DNA from: Planctomycetaceae bacterium
Lineage (GTDB): Bacteria > Planctomycetota > Planctomycetia > Planctomycetales > Planctomycetaceae
DNA length: 64,000 nucleotides
Direction: 5' to 3'
Assembly (NCBI GenBank): GCA_002722955.1
Contig: PBMZ01000076.1
Span: 11,132 to 75,131, forward strand
A program made the translations under genes and the position numbers. The notes beneath the pieces were generated by a model. The model worked only from the letters and a program-made list of their open reading frames with translations. It was not told the origin of the DNA and ran no database searches. This document shows, in pieces, positions 12,701 to 27,700 of the stretch. Positions within the stretch are counted from its first letter, which is position 1, and every line of letters starts with the position of its first letter.

Positions 12701-15700
12701 ATGGCTCCCGTGAAATCGAAGTTGATCGTATCGTCATTAGCGCTGCCCGTGACGATCAATTCATCGCTGGCTTCAGGGTCACCACCGCGAACGATAACGC
12801 GCGTGATGTTCGCTGTCGCGGCATTTCCAGCCAAGGCCAATGGATCGACGCTGATAACATCATCGCCGCCAGCACCATCGAGCGTTACCTGTGAGCCCGG
12901 TCCCAAATTATCAAAGTTGAACGGCGTGCCTTGAGCCGTCGTTTCCAAACCGTTGGCACCAAGACTCAGGAAGTCAGCACCTTCTTGGCCGTTAAAGACG
13001 ATCTCTTCAGGACCTCCCGTGCCCGTGTTATTACCGCCATCGACGTTAATGCTAGCTGTGTTCACGTAGTTGATGCGAGTTAGCGGTGTCGGATTCACAA
13101 CGTTTTCGGAATCGAGAATGACGTCCAGTGTTCCGCTATCAACAAACAGGCCGGATGTGATTGTAAAGCTATCGGTCGCGTCATCAGTGCCCGGTAGGTT
13201 GATCGAGTCACCACTGATCGGGTCGCCGCCATCCAAATTAATCACGGTTGGTGCGAGCAAGTTACTTAGTCCGCTACGGCCAACGATAGTTACTGAATCG
13301 CTCTCACCAGCCAAATTCAAGTTGACTTCATCCAAGTTCGACAAGGTCGGGGCAGCACCAGTGTTTGGGGATGCTTGAACAAAACGCTCGATCGAGAACG
13401 TAGCGGCTCCGCCAACGCTCGAGTCAATCCAAGCGGCCGTTGCTGAAGAGTCATCACCGGCGTCTGTGAAGTTGACATCCAGCATGTCGACGACAGCCGT
13501 TCCGGTGAACGTCAAGGAATCCGTGTCGCCAGCCGAACCGTCATTCAGATTAACACTGATGTCTTCTGTGTTAATGAAGTCGATCGTTGCAATATTCGTC
13601 GCGTCCGTCGCGTTGGTCACTTGAATCTGACCGGCGAAGGCCGTCGTCGAGGCCACTATGTTCACGTTTTCGCTAACACCGGCGACGCTGCCATCGGGAT
13701 CGTTGTCAAGGAAGAACAGACCCGACTGCAATGTGAGATCGCGTTCGATATTTCCATAGAAGATATCGTCGCCATTGGTCTCACCAGCCGTTCCACCATC
13801 GATGGAGATATCAATGTCCCATCCACCCGTGTTGTCTTCCGCGTACGGATCGATCGTGATGTCGTCGTCACCACCACGTCCGTCGATGTTCAAGTGATGA
13901 ACGTTGAAGATTCCGATCGGGCTGGAACCGTTGATCAGGACGTAAGCTTCGTTGGCGTTGTCCCCATCTTCTTCGGCACTGCCGACATCAGGATCGATGA
14001 TCGAGGCAGCATCAAAGTTACCCGTAACGATGATCTCGTCCTGGTTGTTTGCATTGCCGGCGCCGATGCCGTTGTTGTCACCGATGATGTTGACAGTTTG
14101 CGAGGCATCGTCGGGGCGCAAGGTGACCAATTCGAAGTCGGCGAACACCAACTCGTCACTAGTCGCCAACAAGTTGGCTGATGTGATCGAGACGTTGGGA
14201 TCATTCGGGGCGGCTTGCGTATCACTGTCGGTGGCAGCGTCGGCGAAGATTGTGAAGTCGCCATCAGCCAACGGATTGACTCGCAGGCGGTCGCCACGCA
14301 GTGGCACGTCGGCTGGTTCTGGAAAGTCGCCGCCGTTGATTTGGAATCGGAAGTTCGTCGACAAGGTGACAGTGACATCGTCACCGATTCCCGTCGTTCG
14401 AACGCCATCTTCGTCGCCCGTGTTCACCGTGAGTTCTGCTTCAGTGTCGTCTGTGCGGCTGAAAGTATTGGTCACGATGTTGACGTTGACCAGTTGACCT
14501 TGACTGACGTCGCTGTCGTTGAAGCGTTCAATGGCGACTAAGGAATCCGTAACAGTGATAGTGTCAAAGGCTTGGTTGGTTGCTTCGATTGCGTCATCGT
14601 TAACCGCGGTGGGTTCGTTGGTCACACCATTTTCAACCGCCGCTGCCGCGTTGGGACCAAATCCACTGGTCTCATCCAAGTCACCGGCACTGTTCTCAGT
14701 CGTTGTGTTGACGATCAAGCGGTCATCATCAGTCGTACCATTGGCACCATCAAAGGTTAAACCGTTAACGCGTTCTAGACCGTCGAGGTAAATGTCTGGT
14801 CCAGGCGAGGCCAATCCAGCATCATCATCGTCGATACCTGGATTGTTTGTGTTGAAATCATCCGGTGGGATCGTCAACAGAGGATCACCATCGATGAAGA
14901 CATGCGCCGAGTTGTCGTCCAGCGGAGTGACGGACAATGTGTCGTCCATTTGAGAGCCCGTGATGGTGACGTTGTCATTGTTCGAATCGTCACCGTCAAA
15001 GTTCACTTGCTCAACTTCATTAAAGTCAACAGACGTGCCGCCGAGACCCGTGACATCGACGTCACCAGTACCGTTGGCCTTATCGTACGTCACATTCAAG
15101 TTACGTGTAATTGTGTCACCGTTGGTGAAGACATTGATGACATCTCGGTTAGCTGGATCAGCAGCCAACGTCCCGCCGTCGATGACGAATGTACCGGCTG
15201 GGATAAAGTCGTCGGCTCCAAACTCCAAATCGAATCGATCATTGCCATCGAAACCGCGGAACGTGTTGGATGCGTTCACTTGCACGATGCTATCAGTAGC
15301 AGCTCCGGTATCGGGGTCTTCCAAGCTAATATTGAAGACCGCATTGCCTCCATTGTCGGCCACTGCATCACCATCTTCGATCGTATTGGATGCCGTACCA
15401 GTCGTATCCAAAATGTCGTAAATGTTGCTGACCGCGTCGGCTCCAATCAATCGGAAGTTCTCAAGGTTGCCAGCATTTCCAGCGTTTGATGTAGCTCCGC
15501 CGTCAGCATCAGCGATATCGGCGTTGTACGTTACGTCTTGCGCCAATGGATCGGCAGCATTGGGTGTTGCACCAAGCGGGCCCATTCCCGCTCCGCCTGA
15601 GAATCGGTTGAACAACACTTCGGTCAATTCGCCCATCGTTGTCGGATCAACTTGATCAACTTCGTATTGATCACCTTCGGTGTCGTCGAAGTCCGAGATA

Positions 15701-18700
15701 TTCAAGTTGTCGGCGTCAGCACCGGTATCGATGTTGAGCTGGCCCAAAATGGCATCAAGGTTGCCAGCCCCAGCATCAAGATCTGGAGCAGCGCCGGAGA
15801 TGTTGATTATGTCCGTACCGGCTTGAGTCGCCAAGAAGTATGTCGAGCCAGCGTCAGTCGATTGGATATTGATCGTTTCGCCAGCAGCCACGGTACCTGT
15901 GAAGATCGTGATATTCTCGACCTGACCACCAGCGTTATACGTGATGTCGGTAGTAGCCGTTCCATTGGTTTCACCCGTGATGCCCTCTATGCCACCATCG
16001 GTAATTTCGATCGTGTCACCACCACCGGTGTCATCCGTATCGATGATGAATAGCTGATCCGTGTCACCATCATCATCCGCAGCTTCGTTGTTGATGTTCG
16101 GCGAAACAGCAATTGGGATCTGGATGTTGTCAACAGTACCAGCACCAAAGTCGCCATTGCCGTCGCTATCAAGAATGAACGTATCACTGCCGTCACCACC
16201 GAGCATATTCAAGGTGGCGGTTGCTGTTGGAAGTGCCGAAGTTGATCGCACGATCAATGTATCAGCACTATTATCGCCGTTGGCTTGGCCATCACCATCG
16301 ATCGTAATCGTGGTCAGGGCGTCTTCGTCGTCTGCGAAACCTTGGACGTCGATCGTATCAACGGCACCTTCACCGAAGATGGTCAAGGTGTTGAACATGT
16401 CGGCGTCGAAATCGAAGCTTTCGAAGGGGACGCCGCTGCTTGTGCCATTAATTTGAGTGGTATCAGCATCAAGTCGGACAACGTTAATCGTTTCCGAATT
16501 GTTCGTTCCGATGACTGTCAAGTCAGTTCCAGCACCAGTCGCGGTGATCGGAGCCAATCCAGTGAAGAACACAGAGAACTGATCGGTTGCGTTTTCGAAT
16601 GTCAACTCACCCATGTTTCCGGTTGCATCGGCAACTGTTCCAACACCATCACCGATACCGTAGCGGACCTCAGTGCTGCTACCGGTCAATGTGATGTCGA
16701 TGCTGTCATTACCCATACCGCCTTGGAACAGCACGCTCGGCACGACGTTCGCGTTGTCGTCGACGCCAGTCAGCAAGTTGTCCATATTGGCGTTTGTTCC
16801 GGCAATGTCCGTTAGGATATCGCCTTGGAACGTCGGAATACCACTCGCATCATCGATCATGAAGGTGTCATCGTCGTTTGAGCCAGTAACGCTTAGAGCA
16901 CGGAAAGTTCCGCGTTCTTGTTCGAAGGCCACGATGTCGTTGATGATGAGTTGGATGAGCGTCGGATCATCTGGACTGATTTGAACTTCGACAGTATCGG
17001 CGTTTCCGTCCTCGACAGGCTGTCCACCGATTTCGAAGTTGTTCAAATCGATGATGACGTCTTCTTCACCATTGTTGTCGGTGTCGCTGTCTTCGATGTT
17101 TTGGAAGTCAACCGTGATCGGGTCGTTGGCGTCATCGTTGTCGATGTCATTGACAATTGTGCCGCTCGTTGGGCTGAACAAGAAGACTTCGGCGGAACCG
17201 TCGTAGTCCACAATATCCGGCGTCGTAATCAGGGTCGGGTCCATACCATCAATGTTCAGGCCGACATCGCCGAAGGTGTTGAGGGCACCGTCACCGTTGG
17301 TGAGACCAAACAGATTCAAGTCCGGTCCAGGTTCTGTCCCGCCACCTGCTCCAACACCACCATCAAGCAGAACACTGACGCTGGTGTTCATGATATTCGT
17401 GATCGTGAAGACCGTTGGGTCTCCGGTGTCGTTGACGGTGATTTGGTCGTCGTTGGCGTTGTCACCATTGTAGTTGATCGTCTCAACAGTGTTGGCATCG
17501 ATAATCGTGCCCGTGCCGGTTGTGTTGTCCAGATCGAGCAGTACGTCGCCGCTTGCGGAATTGTCATACGTAATGCTTGCTTGTCGCAGGCCATCGGCCA
17601 CCGGCAAGTTGATATTGACGATGTCGCGGTTCGCAGCGTCGGTTGCTGGGGCGTTGCCATTGATCACAAACGTTCCGCCACTCGCGTCTGTTCCAGCGTC
17701 AAATTCAAGGTTAAAGGTGTCGTTGCCAGCATTGCCGCTGAAGTTGTGATTCGCGGTTGCATTCAACGCATTCGATTGAATCGTCCAAGTGCTGTTCCCA
17801 GTACCGTCATCGACGTTCGTCATCGCCGTGGCGCCGGTTGCATCCGTTGTTCCAGCATCGTCTATGTTGATGGTGTTGTTACCATTCCCAAGATCGATAT
17901 CGAGGTTCTCGATGTCGTTCGTACCGTCGCCGTAGTTGATGATTCCGTTGGTGTCAAAAATGCCGCCTGCTGCGACTGCCGCATTAAAGGCACCACCACC
18001 TATTTGATTGTCGCTGAGACGCAGCGTGTTGTCGTTGCCGTCAGCGACGTCACTTACATTGATCGTGTCGGTATCAGCACCACCGCTAATAGTTAAGACA
18101 GCATTGATTCCGTTTGCATCACCAGCGTTGGTTGGAGCATCGCTGGAAACGTTGATCGTATCATCGTCAGCGTCACCATTGATGGCCGTCGCACTGTCAA
18201 TGCTTTGAACATTGATTTGATCATTCCCAGCGTTTCCGTTGACAGTTACAGGCGCGGTGGCAAGCGTCGATTGCACATCGAACGTGTCAGCGAAAGCACT
18301 CAAGTTAACGGTAACGCCTTCAATCGTGCCGTACGTGATTTGACCAGCGGCACCATCAAAATCAACCGTCGTTGAAGTCAAGTCGCCGTTGTCGCCATCT
18401 GGGTCACCAACATCGCTGACGGTCAATTGATCGTTGCCGCCAGCATTTCCGGTCACCGTGACATCCGCGGCGATGTTGTTGGCACCAGCCCCGGTTGCAT
18501 TACCAATCAGGAATGTGTCATCACCATCTTGACCATCCAGGCTTGTCGGGACGGTCGTGGCTTCGGCATTCAAGGCATCGGCCGCACCGTCATCAGTACC
18601 GCCCGTTTGTTGATCGCCGAAGACATCGATCGAAGTGAGGCTTGCCGCCGCCGTTGTGGAAGTCAAGGTGACCCCATCGGCACCGTCTAAGGCATTGATC

Positions 18701-21700
18701 GTTACGCCAACTTGATTTGCGAATTCAATGTCCGCGAATGTTCCGGCTCCGTCTTGCAATGTATTCGTGTTGGTGGCGCCTTCCATCGAATCCACCAAGG
18801 TTGCTCCGTCGGCTTGGTCCGTCAGGAAGATATCCAAGATCGTCGAACCGGTTGTCAACAAGACATCGCTGAGCGGAGTTCCCGCATCGGTTTCCAGGTC
18901 GTTGAAGTTAATGACTTGTTCGTCGCCATTTGCAGCCGTTCCCAACGCGAAACCTTGGTTGCCGTCTGGATCGAGGGTCAATACGCCGTCGCCAGCTTGA
19001 CCACTATCATCTGGTTGGTATGTCGTGCGAGCAATGCCTGTTCCGCCGATGACTTCCAGATTGTCGCTGGTGGTCTCTCCAGCTGCGTTAAACGTGATGC
19101 TTCCACCAGTGACTGGGACGTAAACACTGAGCGAATTATCAACGATTAGCGTATCGTCCTCACCCGAGCCGGTAACGACGATGTTGTTGATGGCACCAGT
19201 ACCAAGTTCAAATTGAAGCTGTTCCACTTCACCGATTCCGTCGCCGACGTCCTCAGCGAAGACCCTCAGGTTGCCATTGGCTTGACCTTCTAGTCGAATG
19301 TTGTTTCGGAATTGGTCGCCTGCGTCGATGATCTCCGTACCAGCGGCAACATTGCCGGCTTGGCTGTTGTCGATATCAATTGTCAATTGGAAGTTTGTGT
19401 CCGAATCGACGACTTCGATTTCTTGGAAGTCCAAGTTTTGGAAGCCCGCAGTAAAGGTGAATCCAGCCTCACCACCTGCATTTGTCGGTGTCAACACGAG
19501 GTTCGGATTCGCGCCAGGATCGGAGTTCACATTCAGTGTATCGCCGATTACGGCCAGCGGATCATTTCCATCGACTTCGAATGTACCGACTTGAGCATTC
19601 GTGATTCCGAACGCTGTGGCAACGTCGGCAATACGAACTGTGATGGTGTCACCAGTTGGTCCGTCGCCGCCAACCGGTGTGGCATCATCATCGTTTTCTC
19701 CGTTGATAAACATACTGCCAGCGCCGGCACCATTCGATGCGTTCACAATACCAGCGATTGTCGCGGTGGCCGGGACATTCGCATCAGCATCACCGGCATC
19801 AATGTTAATCGTGATGTCACCATTGTCGGTGCGAATGACCGAATTCGCGCCATTCATGATGAAGTCATCGCCGGCATTGATGATGATGCCTCCATTGGTG
19901 CTTCGAATGGTGACGCCATCAGCGATGGTCACGTCGTCGCCTGTGCCCATCGAGTCCGTCGCGGTAATGATGATGTCGTCAACTGCGATGATGTCCTCGT
20001 TGATCGTAATTGGACTGGTTGCCGTGATTCGGACTTCACCACCGGAAGTTATGCCGGTCACCATTCCGGCTAACGTAGTTACCTCGTCGATCGTCAAGGC
20101 TCCAGTGTTTGTGATGGAGACGTTCCCGCCCGCATCGACGGCGAGGTTGCTGACAGCCGTCTCGATAACGACGCCAACACCAGAACCTGCATCGCCGCCG
20201 ACGTCAATGGCCAGATTTTCGGCGGTGATATTCAAATCAGTGCCGTTGTCATCGACCAAGTCGTTGCCAGCGAGCAAGTCAACGGTTTGCGTTGCCGTGC
20301 CGTCGAGCGTGATGGCGTTAATTGTGAGATCGCCACCCGTTGCATCCGCCGTAAAGCGAGTCGGACCCGCGGCATCCGTGTCTGATATGTCAGTCAGGGT
20401 AACCGTCGTGTTAGCGCTGATGACATTAGTTGTCGTGCCGCTCAATTCGATGTCATCGACATCGTCGTCGTCGATGTCGACCGAGCCGGTCGTTGCTGTG
20501 ATGTCAACACCGCTAGCCAAGTTAACCGTGGTTACATTGTCGATGCTAACACTCGTTTGAGCCGTCACATCGCCGTCGAGGTCGACATCCATGGCGTTGC
20601 CGATCGTGACGCCTGCCGTTGTTGAGTCAACTGTTCCTTGGAAGTCAATTGCGTCGTCCGAGGTCGCGTTCGTGCCTTGGCCATTCGCTTCCACCGTGCC
20701 CGCGGTTACGTTACCGCTAGCGGTGAACGTGTCGCCGCCGGTGTCGTCCGTATCGACATCCAGATCGAGGATCGCGTTGCTGCCACCGTCGAGTGTCACG
20801 ACATCGACATCGAGATCACCGCCCGCTTGAACGTTGACTTCGGCCGGACCCGCATTGCTATCGATGATGTCGGCCAATCCAACGTTACCCGTTGCCGAAA
20901 CCGTGTTCGTCGCGGCAGTACCACTGAAGTCGATTTGTGTGACACTGTTGTCGAGGCTTGCATCGCCACCTTGAGCATCCAAATCAACATCTTCGGCGAT
21001 GTCGATTTCCGTACCAACATTTTGAATCGTGATCGATGAGTTGGCGGTGACGTTGCCGTCCAAGTTGACTGTTCCCGCACCATCGATGGTCACGCTGGTG
21101 TCCGTGGACTCAATCGTACCCACGAAGATCATGTCGTCATTGGTGTCTTGACCGTTGACTTCAACCGTACCGGCTTCAAGATTGCCGTTAACAGTCAACG
21201 TTTGAGTACCGGCAGCACCTGTGTCGACGTCAATATCCAGCGTCGGATCGTTGTCACCGTCTAAGGTGACGCTATCCAGAGTGATATCCATTCCCGCAGA
21301 AATCGCGAGGACATCGGGACCTTCATCGCTGTCGCTGATTGGGGTGTCGGCGTTGACATTGGCATCGGATGATAGCGTATTGGTCGCCTCGTCGTCGTCA
21401 CCACTGACCGTGATCGTGTTGAGAGCCGTATCCAATTCGAGATTGCCTCCGACTGCTGCCAAATCGACGCCTACAGCAAGATCGACGTCGTCGAAGGTTT
21501 GGATGGTCAGGGCACCGCCGGTCGTCGATATGTTTGCGTCAATGTCGGCTTGATCATTGCTTCCCGTACCGGAAAACGTTGCAACCGCAACATCGCTGAT
21601 TGTGCCGCTGACGGTCAATGTTTCGTTGCCGTTTGCTCCGTCAACGTCGACGTTGACGTTCAAGTTACCATTGGTGTTGTCACTCAGACTCACAGAATCC

Positions 21701-24700
21701 AAGGTGACTCCGCCATCGGCGTTGACGGTCAAGTTAGCGGCAATCGTACCGGACGCATCATCGACAACGGGGCCTAACGAAACATCGGCATCATCGCCAC
21801 CGCCTGTGTCGCCGTTGGCATCGATCGTGACCGTGTTGGAGCCATCGTCCAATGTGATCATGCCAACATTGGTCGTCATATCAATGTCGCCGCCCGTCGA
21901 GGTCAGGGCACGAGCTGCGGAAGCATCAAGTTCAACATTCGCGTTTCGGAAGGTAATACCACCCGCCGTCGCCGTTACGTCGGCGTTAACGTCAACCGTT
22001 TCATCGTTGCCGTTGTTACCACCAGCAATGAGGCTGGCGATATTCTGAATCGTGGCATCAATCGTAATCGTCTCAACGTCGTCCGCGCCGGCATTGTCAG
22101 CGGTCAATACCAACTCACCATCGGCATTGGCTCCACCATCCAGGTTAATACCGTTAAGTGTTAAAGAACCGTCGGCCACGACGCTTAGGTCAGCGCCATC
22201 ACCGCCGGCAGCATCATCGACCATACTCGCCAGAATGACATCTGCGTCCGACGTGTCGCCTTCGACACCGCTAGCCGAGATGGAAACGGCTCCATCGCCA
22301 TCCAATGTAATCATCGTCACATCCGTGTTGGCATCGAAGTCACCATTCACGGCGGTCAAGCTTCGAGTGCCTGCGGTTGGTGCGTTAATCTGCACATCAT
22401 TGAAATCACTGATCACGAATGAGCCATCCGAGGTCGCCACATCGCCATTGATGTCCAAGATGTCGTTGTCGTCTGTGGCACCACCAGAAAGATCGATGCT
22501 TTCGACGTTTGAAATCTGATTAGCGTTGATGACAAGTGTTTCGGTCGAGTCGTCATTCGAGTCGATCGCGATGACCAGTGCACCATCAGCTTGCCCTGCA
22601 GCACCATCCAGATCCAAAGTTCCTAACGAAGCACTACCGTCAGCGGTGATCGTCACGTCAGCCGCGTCCTCACCCATATTGCCGTCGTCCGTCAAGTTGG
22701 CCAGATTGACGTCCCCGCCAGTACCATTGTCGGCAGTGATCTCGATCAAATTCGTGCCAGCGGTCGTGATCGCAGTGACTGTGGTTTGCAGCTCGACATT
22801 GCCGCCAACCGCATCGATGTCCAACTGGCCTGCTGTAGAATCCAGCGTGATGTTTGCAAAGTTGTTGAAGTCAATGGCACCAGCAGTTGTCGCCAAGTCA
22901 GCAGTGATGCTAGCCGTATCGTTATTGTCGGTACCACCATTGACTGTGACGCTGGCCACATTGGTCACATTGCCATCGAAGCTGATGCTAGCACCGTCAG
23001 TGTCGTTGTCATCATCGATATCGATAGTCAACGCACCGTCCGTCGTTCCACCATTCAGATCCACACCGGCCGAGATATCGACATCACCGTCCGCCGCCAC
23101 TGTAAGAGCAGCACCAGTCGTTTGATTGTTGGTAACAACACTACCCAAATGAATGTCGGCTTCGGCGCTGCTGCCACCGGGATCCGCTCCGTTGGCATCC
23201 AATGTAACCGTCGTACCGTTACCGTTGAGACTGATCGAACCGATACCGGTTGAGATGTCGATATCGCCATCGGCGGTAGTTAGGTTACGAGTATCGGTGA
23301 CATTGACCGTTTGAGCATCCGAGATATCAATGCCACCGGCGGTCGTCGTCACGTCCGCATTGATGTTGACCGTATCGCCATTGGTGTCTCCAGTGGCGCC
23401 ACCGGTTACGGTAACGCTCGCGGCATTCGTGACATTGCCATTCAGGTTATAGGTTTCGCCCGAGTCATCGTCGGTGTCGATATTGACTTCAAACGCACCA
23501 TCGGCGTCGCCACCAGTAGCTCCATCGAGATTCACCGTACCGGTTGTCACTCCACCTGTAGCATTGACCGTCAGGCTGGGACTGTCACCTGCTGATCCCG
23601 TGGTTAGGTCGTCCAATGTCACATCACCGGCGTCCGCCGCTCCGGTCGCCGCACTGTTGGCGCTAACCGTTACGGTGGGGGCATTGGTTGCCGGACCATT
23701 GTCCAAAACGATTGGCCCATCGATGCTTACAGCTCCCGAATTGGCCGTGATGCTTCGAGCGGCACTGGCGTCGATGTTGGTGTTCGTGTTGACGTTGGAG
23801 ACCGTGATACTCGTGCCCGCCGAGACATTGCCGTCCAAGTTGACAATGTCAGATTGATTGATCGTGACAGAACCAGCAGTCGAGTCCACTGACATATCGA
23901 AGTTCATCGTGTCATCGGTGCCCGTACCATCAACCGTGATGTCTCCAGCGACGGAAATTGGTCCATTGGCGTTGAGCGTGGAACCATTAGTACCCGTGTC
24001 CAGATTCACGTCCAAGTTGGTGTTGTTGGTACCGTCCAAGGTGATTGAGCCAAGCTCAATGCCGCTTCCAGCACTGATGTCCAATTCCGCCGGGCCATCA
24101 CCACTGTCCGTGATCGCCGTGTTGGCATCAATCGAGGTGCCCGCCGTCAAGCTGTTCGTGCCCGTCGTTCCCGACAAGGTGATGCCGCCAACACTGTTGT
24201 CGACATCGATACCCATCGTCGTGGCCGTGATGTCCACGTCGGCCGCCAAGTCGATGTCCGTCGTCACATCGGAAATCGTGACACTGGTTTGCCCCGTCAC
24301 GTTGCCTTGAAGCTCGACTGTATCCGCCTGGCTGATACTCACACCGGCCGTGTCGCTGCTCACAGTACCCGTGAAGGTCAAGGTCTCGTCATCGTCCGTG
24401 CCACCAGTCACATTCACCGTACCCGCAGCCAAGTCATCAAAGCTGGCCGTCAAGCCACCACCGCCCGCTCCGTCATTGTCGTTATCGTTATCGATGTTGA
24501 TCGACAGCACTCCGCTATTCACGTCGATCGTGTCCAGCGTCGCGTTGCCTTCCGAGTTAATCGTCAGGTTTACATCGTTGGCGGCCGTCACGGGACCGAC
24601 ACTCACATTCGCATCACCATTCCCATCGATTGTATTCGTGGTCGCAGCCGCTCCGTTCAAATCGATTAACGTCACACCGGTTGCGACATCCAACGCGCCG

Positions 24701-27700
24701 TTGTTGGCAGTCAAGTTCACATTGTCAGCCAACTGGATCTCGGTATCCACATTCGTGATATCCAAAGTCGTCGCCGCCGTCACATCCGCCGACAAGTTCA
24801 CTTGATCCACTTCATCGATCGAGACGCCCGTGTCCGAACTGTCAATTTGGCCCAAGTTCGCCGTGTCACTGGCCGAGGTCGCGCTGCCTGTGATCGTGAC
24901 ACCGCCAGCGGCAATCGTGCCTGCTGCCAACGTGTTGCCACCAGCATCGTCGTCGTCGTTGAAGTTGACGCTCAAATCACCATGTCCGGTCGCCGCGCCA
25001 GCACCATCGCCATCTAAAGTAACCGTTCCCAACGTCACATCGTCATCCGCATCAACCGTCAAGTTGCGGCCATCGGAACTGTCGGTGACGTTCGCCAGAG
25101 TGATATTTGCATTCGCTGCGGTCGCCCCATCAGTGGCATCTACCGTCGTTGTACCCGCCGTGCCGCTGAGATTGATTGACGTCACATTCGTCGATACATC
25201 AATGCCACCATCGTCGGATGTCAAGTCGGCTCCATCAGCAATATCGACGGTAGCCACAGTGTTAATTCCAATCGTTGTGCCGGCATCGACGTTGCCTGTC
25301 AGATTCACCAAGTCATCGCCACCGTTGCCGTCGATATCAACCGACCCAGTTGTCGAGTCAATCGCGCCTGTGTCGAGTGTTCGAGCTCCGTTATCGGTGG
25401 GACCATCGACATCGATATTGATATTCCCCTGCGCGGTGGCGGCATCAATGTCGATGTTGCCTTCACCCACAACGCTCAGCGCATCAGCCGCGGCTGGATC
25501 GGCAATCGTGCCCAGTGTCAAATTGGCATTACCAACCGTTGTGATTGTTGTCGTTCCTGCATTCGCTTGCAGATTGACCGTATTGCCATCACCAATCGTT
25601 AGAGTGCCGACCGCCGCCGTGTACGTCGTCGCGTTCAGATCGACCGTCGTGGCGTCCAGATCAATCACATCAGCGGTCACGTTTTGAACATCGATCGTTG
25701 CTGCCGTCACGTCGAGCAATTCGAGATCGACACCGCCGCCAACATCCGCTTGAAAGTCCGCATTACCAGTGCCCGCCGTGACTGTCAGGTCGTCGTTGCC
25801 GTCCGCGTTTTGACCGTTCACCGTACTGGCAAATGTAACAGTACCAGTACCAGTATCTGTATCGATCGCGACCGCGCCATTGATGGCCACCGTGCCACCA
25901 AAGTCAACGTTGTCATTGGTCGTGGTGATGTCGCCAGCCGTCGTCACGGCGCCACCGTTTTGATCAAACGCACCGTCCAGCGTAATGTCCCCCGCCGCAG
26001 CGATGGTCAAGGTGCCCGCGTTGTTGATCGTTAGCGTATCCAACGGATTAGTGCCGCCAACCGCCAAGTCGAACGAGATGTCCGAAGCGGCGTTCGTAGT
26101 CGTGACCGTCAGGCTATTAGTCTCCGTGGCCACGCTGTCGACCGTGTCATTAAAGGCAATGCCCGTCGCGCCCGAGTCGTCGAGCGTGACACCACCAGCA
26201 CCGATCAATACTGGATCGTTAAACGTCATCGTACCGCCGTCGGTGTTCAAGTTCGCATTGATCACCGTGTTGCCAGCGGCATCCGTGGTAATACTGGCAA
26301 TTGGATTCGTGCCACCAACAACGCCGTTAAAAGTCGTATCGCCGCTGCCGATGACCACCAAGTCCGAATCCGTGCCATCATCGTCGACAGCGTTGAAGGT
26401 GATATCCGTACCATTCAAGGTCACCGTCCCTGGGCCCAGGATCACGGAGTCGCCATAGGTCTGAGTCGTATCAGTCGTGAACGAAGCCGTGTTGATAAAC
26501 GTCGTGTCGTTCGCCTCGCCATTGGCGACGGTTAACGAATTCACGTTGTTGATGTCACCAGCGATCGTCAACGTTTCCGTGCTATCGCCATCCGCGTCGA
26601 TATCAAACTGCAGGTCACCGTTCGTGCCCGTACCGTTCAAGTCGATCGTCGTGAAGTTGGCTCCACCATCGGCATTGACGGTCAAGTTGGCTCCATCCGT
26701 TCCATTGTCCGTAGCGACGGCCGCCAGTGTGACATCGGCATCACCAGCGCCAGTGGCGCTGATCGTGACCGTGTTGTCGCCGTTGTCCAGAGTGATTCCG
26801 CCCGTGGCGCCAACACCGATGTTGACGTTGCCATTGACGGCACTCAACGCACGCGCTGCGGAAGCGTCAATTTGCACGTCGTTGAAGTTCGTGGTTGTCA
26901 AGGAACCGTTGGTTGTCGAGATATTGTCGTTGATATCCAGAATATCGTCGTCGTCCGTGCCGCCCGAGAAGCTGGCACTGGCAACGTTGGAAATCTGACC
27001 GGCGTTGATTGTCAGAGTCGCGGCAGCATCGTTGTTGTCCGTGTCAATACTGATGCTCAAGTTGCCGTCGGTCGTGTCGTTAAGATTGATGGTCGTAAAC
27101 GTCGCGTTGCCTTGAGCCAAAACGTTGAGGCTGGCCGCTGTGCCGCCGGCACCATCGTCGACGACGTCATCCAATTCGACATCGCCACCGCCATTGGCTT
27201 CAATCGTCACGGCGTTGCTGCCGCCATCCAATGTGATCTGGTTCACGTTGTTGTCAAAGTCGACATTGCCGTTGTTGGCTGTGATCATCCGATTTGCCGA
27301 AGCATCGATGTTGATATCGGAGTTGACGTTTTGAACTGTTACGCCTGTGCCCGCGTCGACATCGCCATCCAGGTTAACGACATCGGCAGTATCGATCGTG
27401 ACCGAACCTGTCGCGGAAGTCACCAAGCTATCAAAGTTCATCGTGTCGTTCGTGCCTTGGCCGTTCACCGTGATGGCTCCGCCCGTAGAAATGGCACCGT
27501 TGACATTCAACGTGGCTGTGTCGTCGCCATCGGTATCCAGATTGATATCCAGCACACCCGCGTCCTCGCCGTCGCCGTCAAGAGTGATGCCGTTGACATC
27601 GATATTAGTCCCCGCATCGATTCGTAATGTGGCGTTGCCATCCGCACTGTCCGTGAAGTTCACGTTTGCTGCCGAGACTGCGGCCGAAGCGTCGATCAAG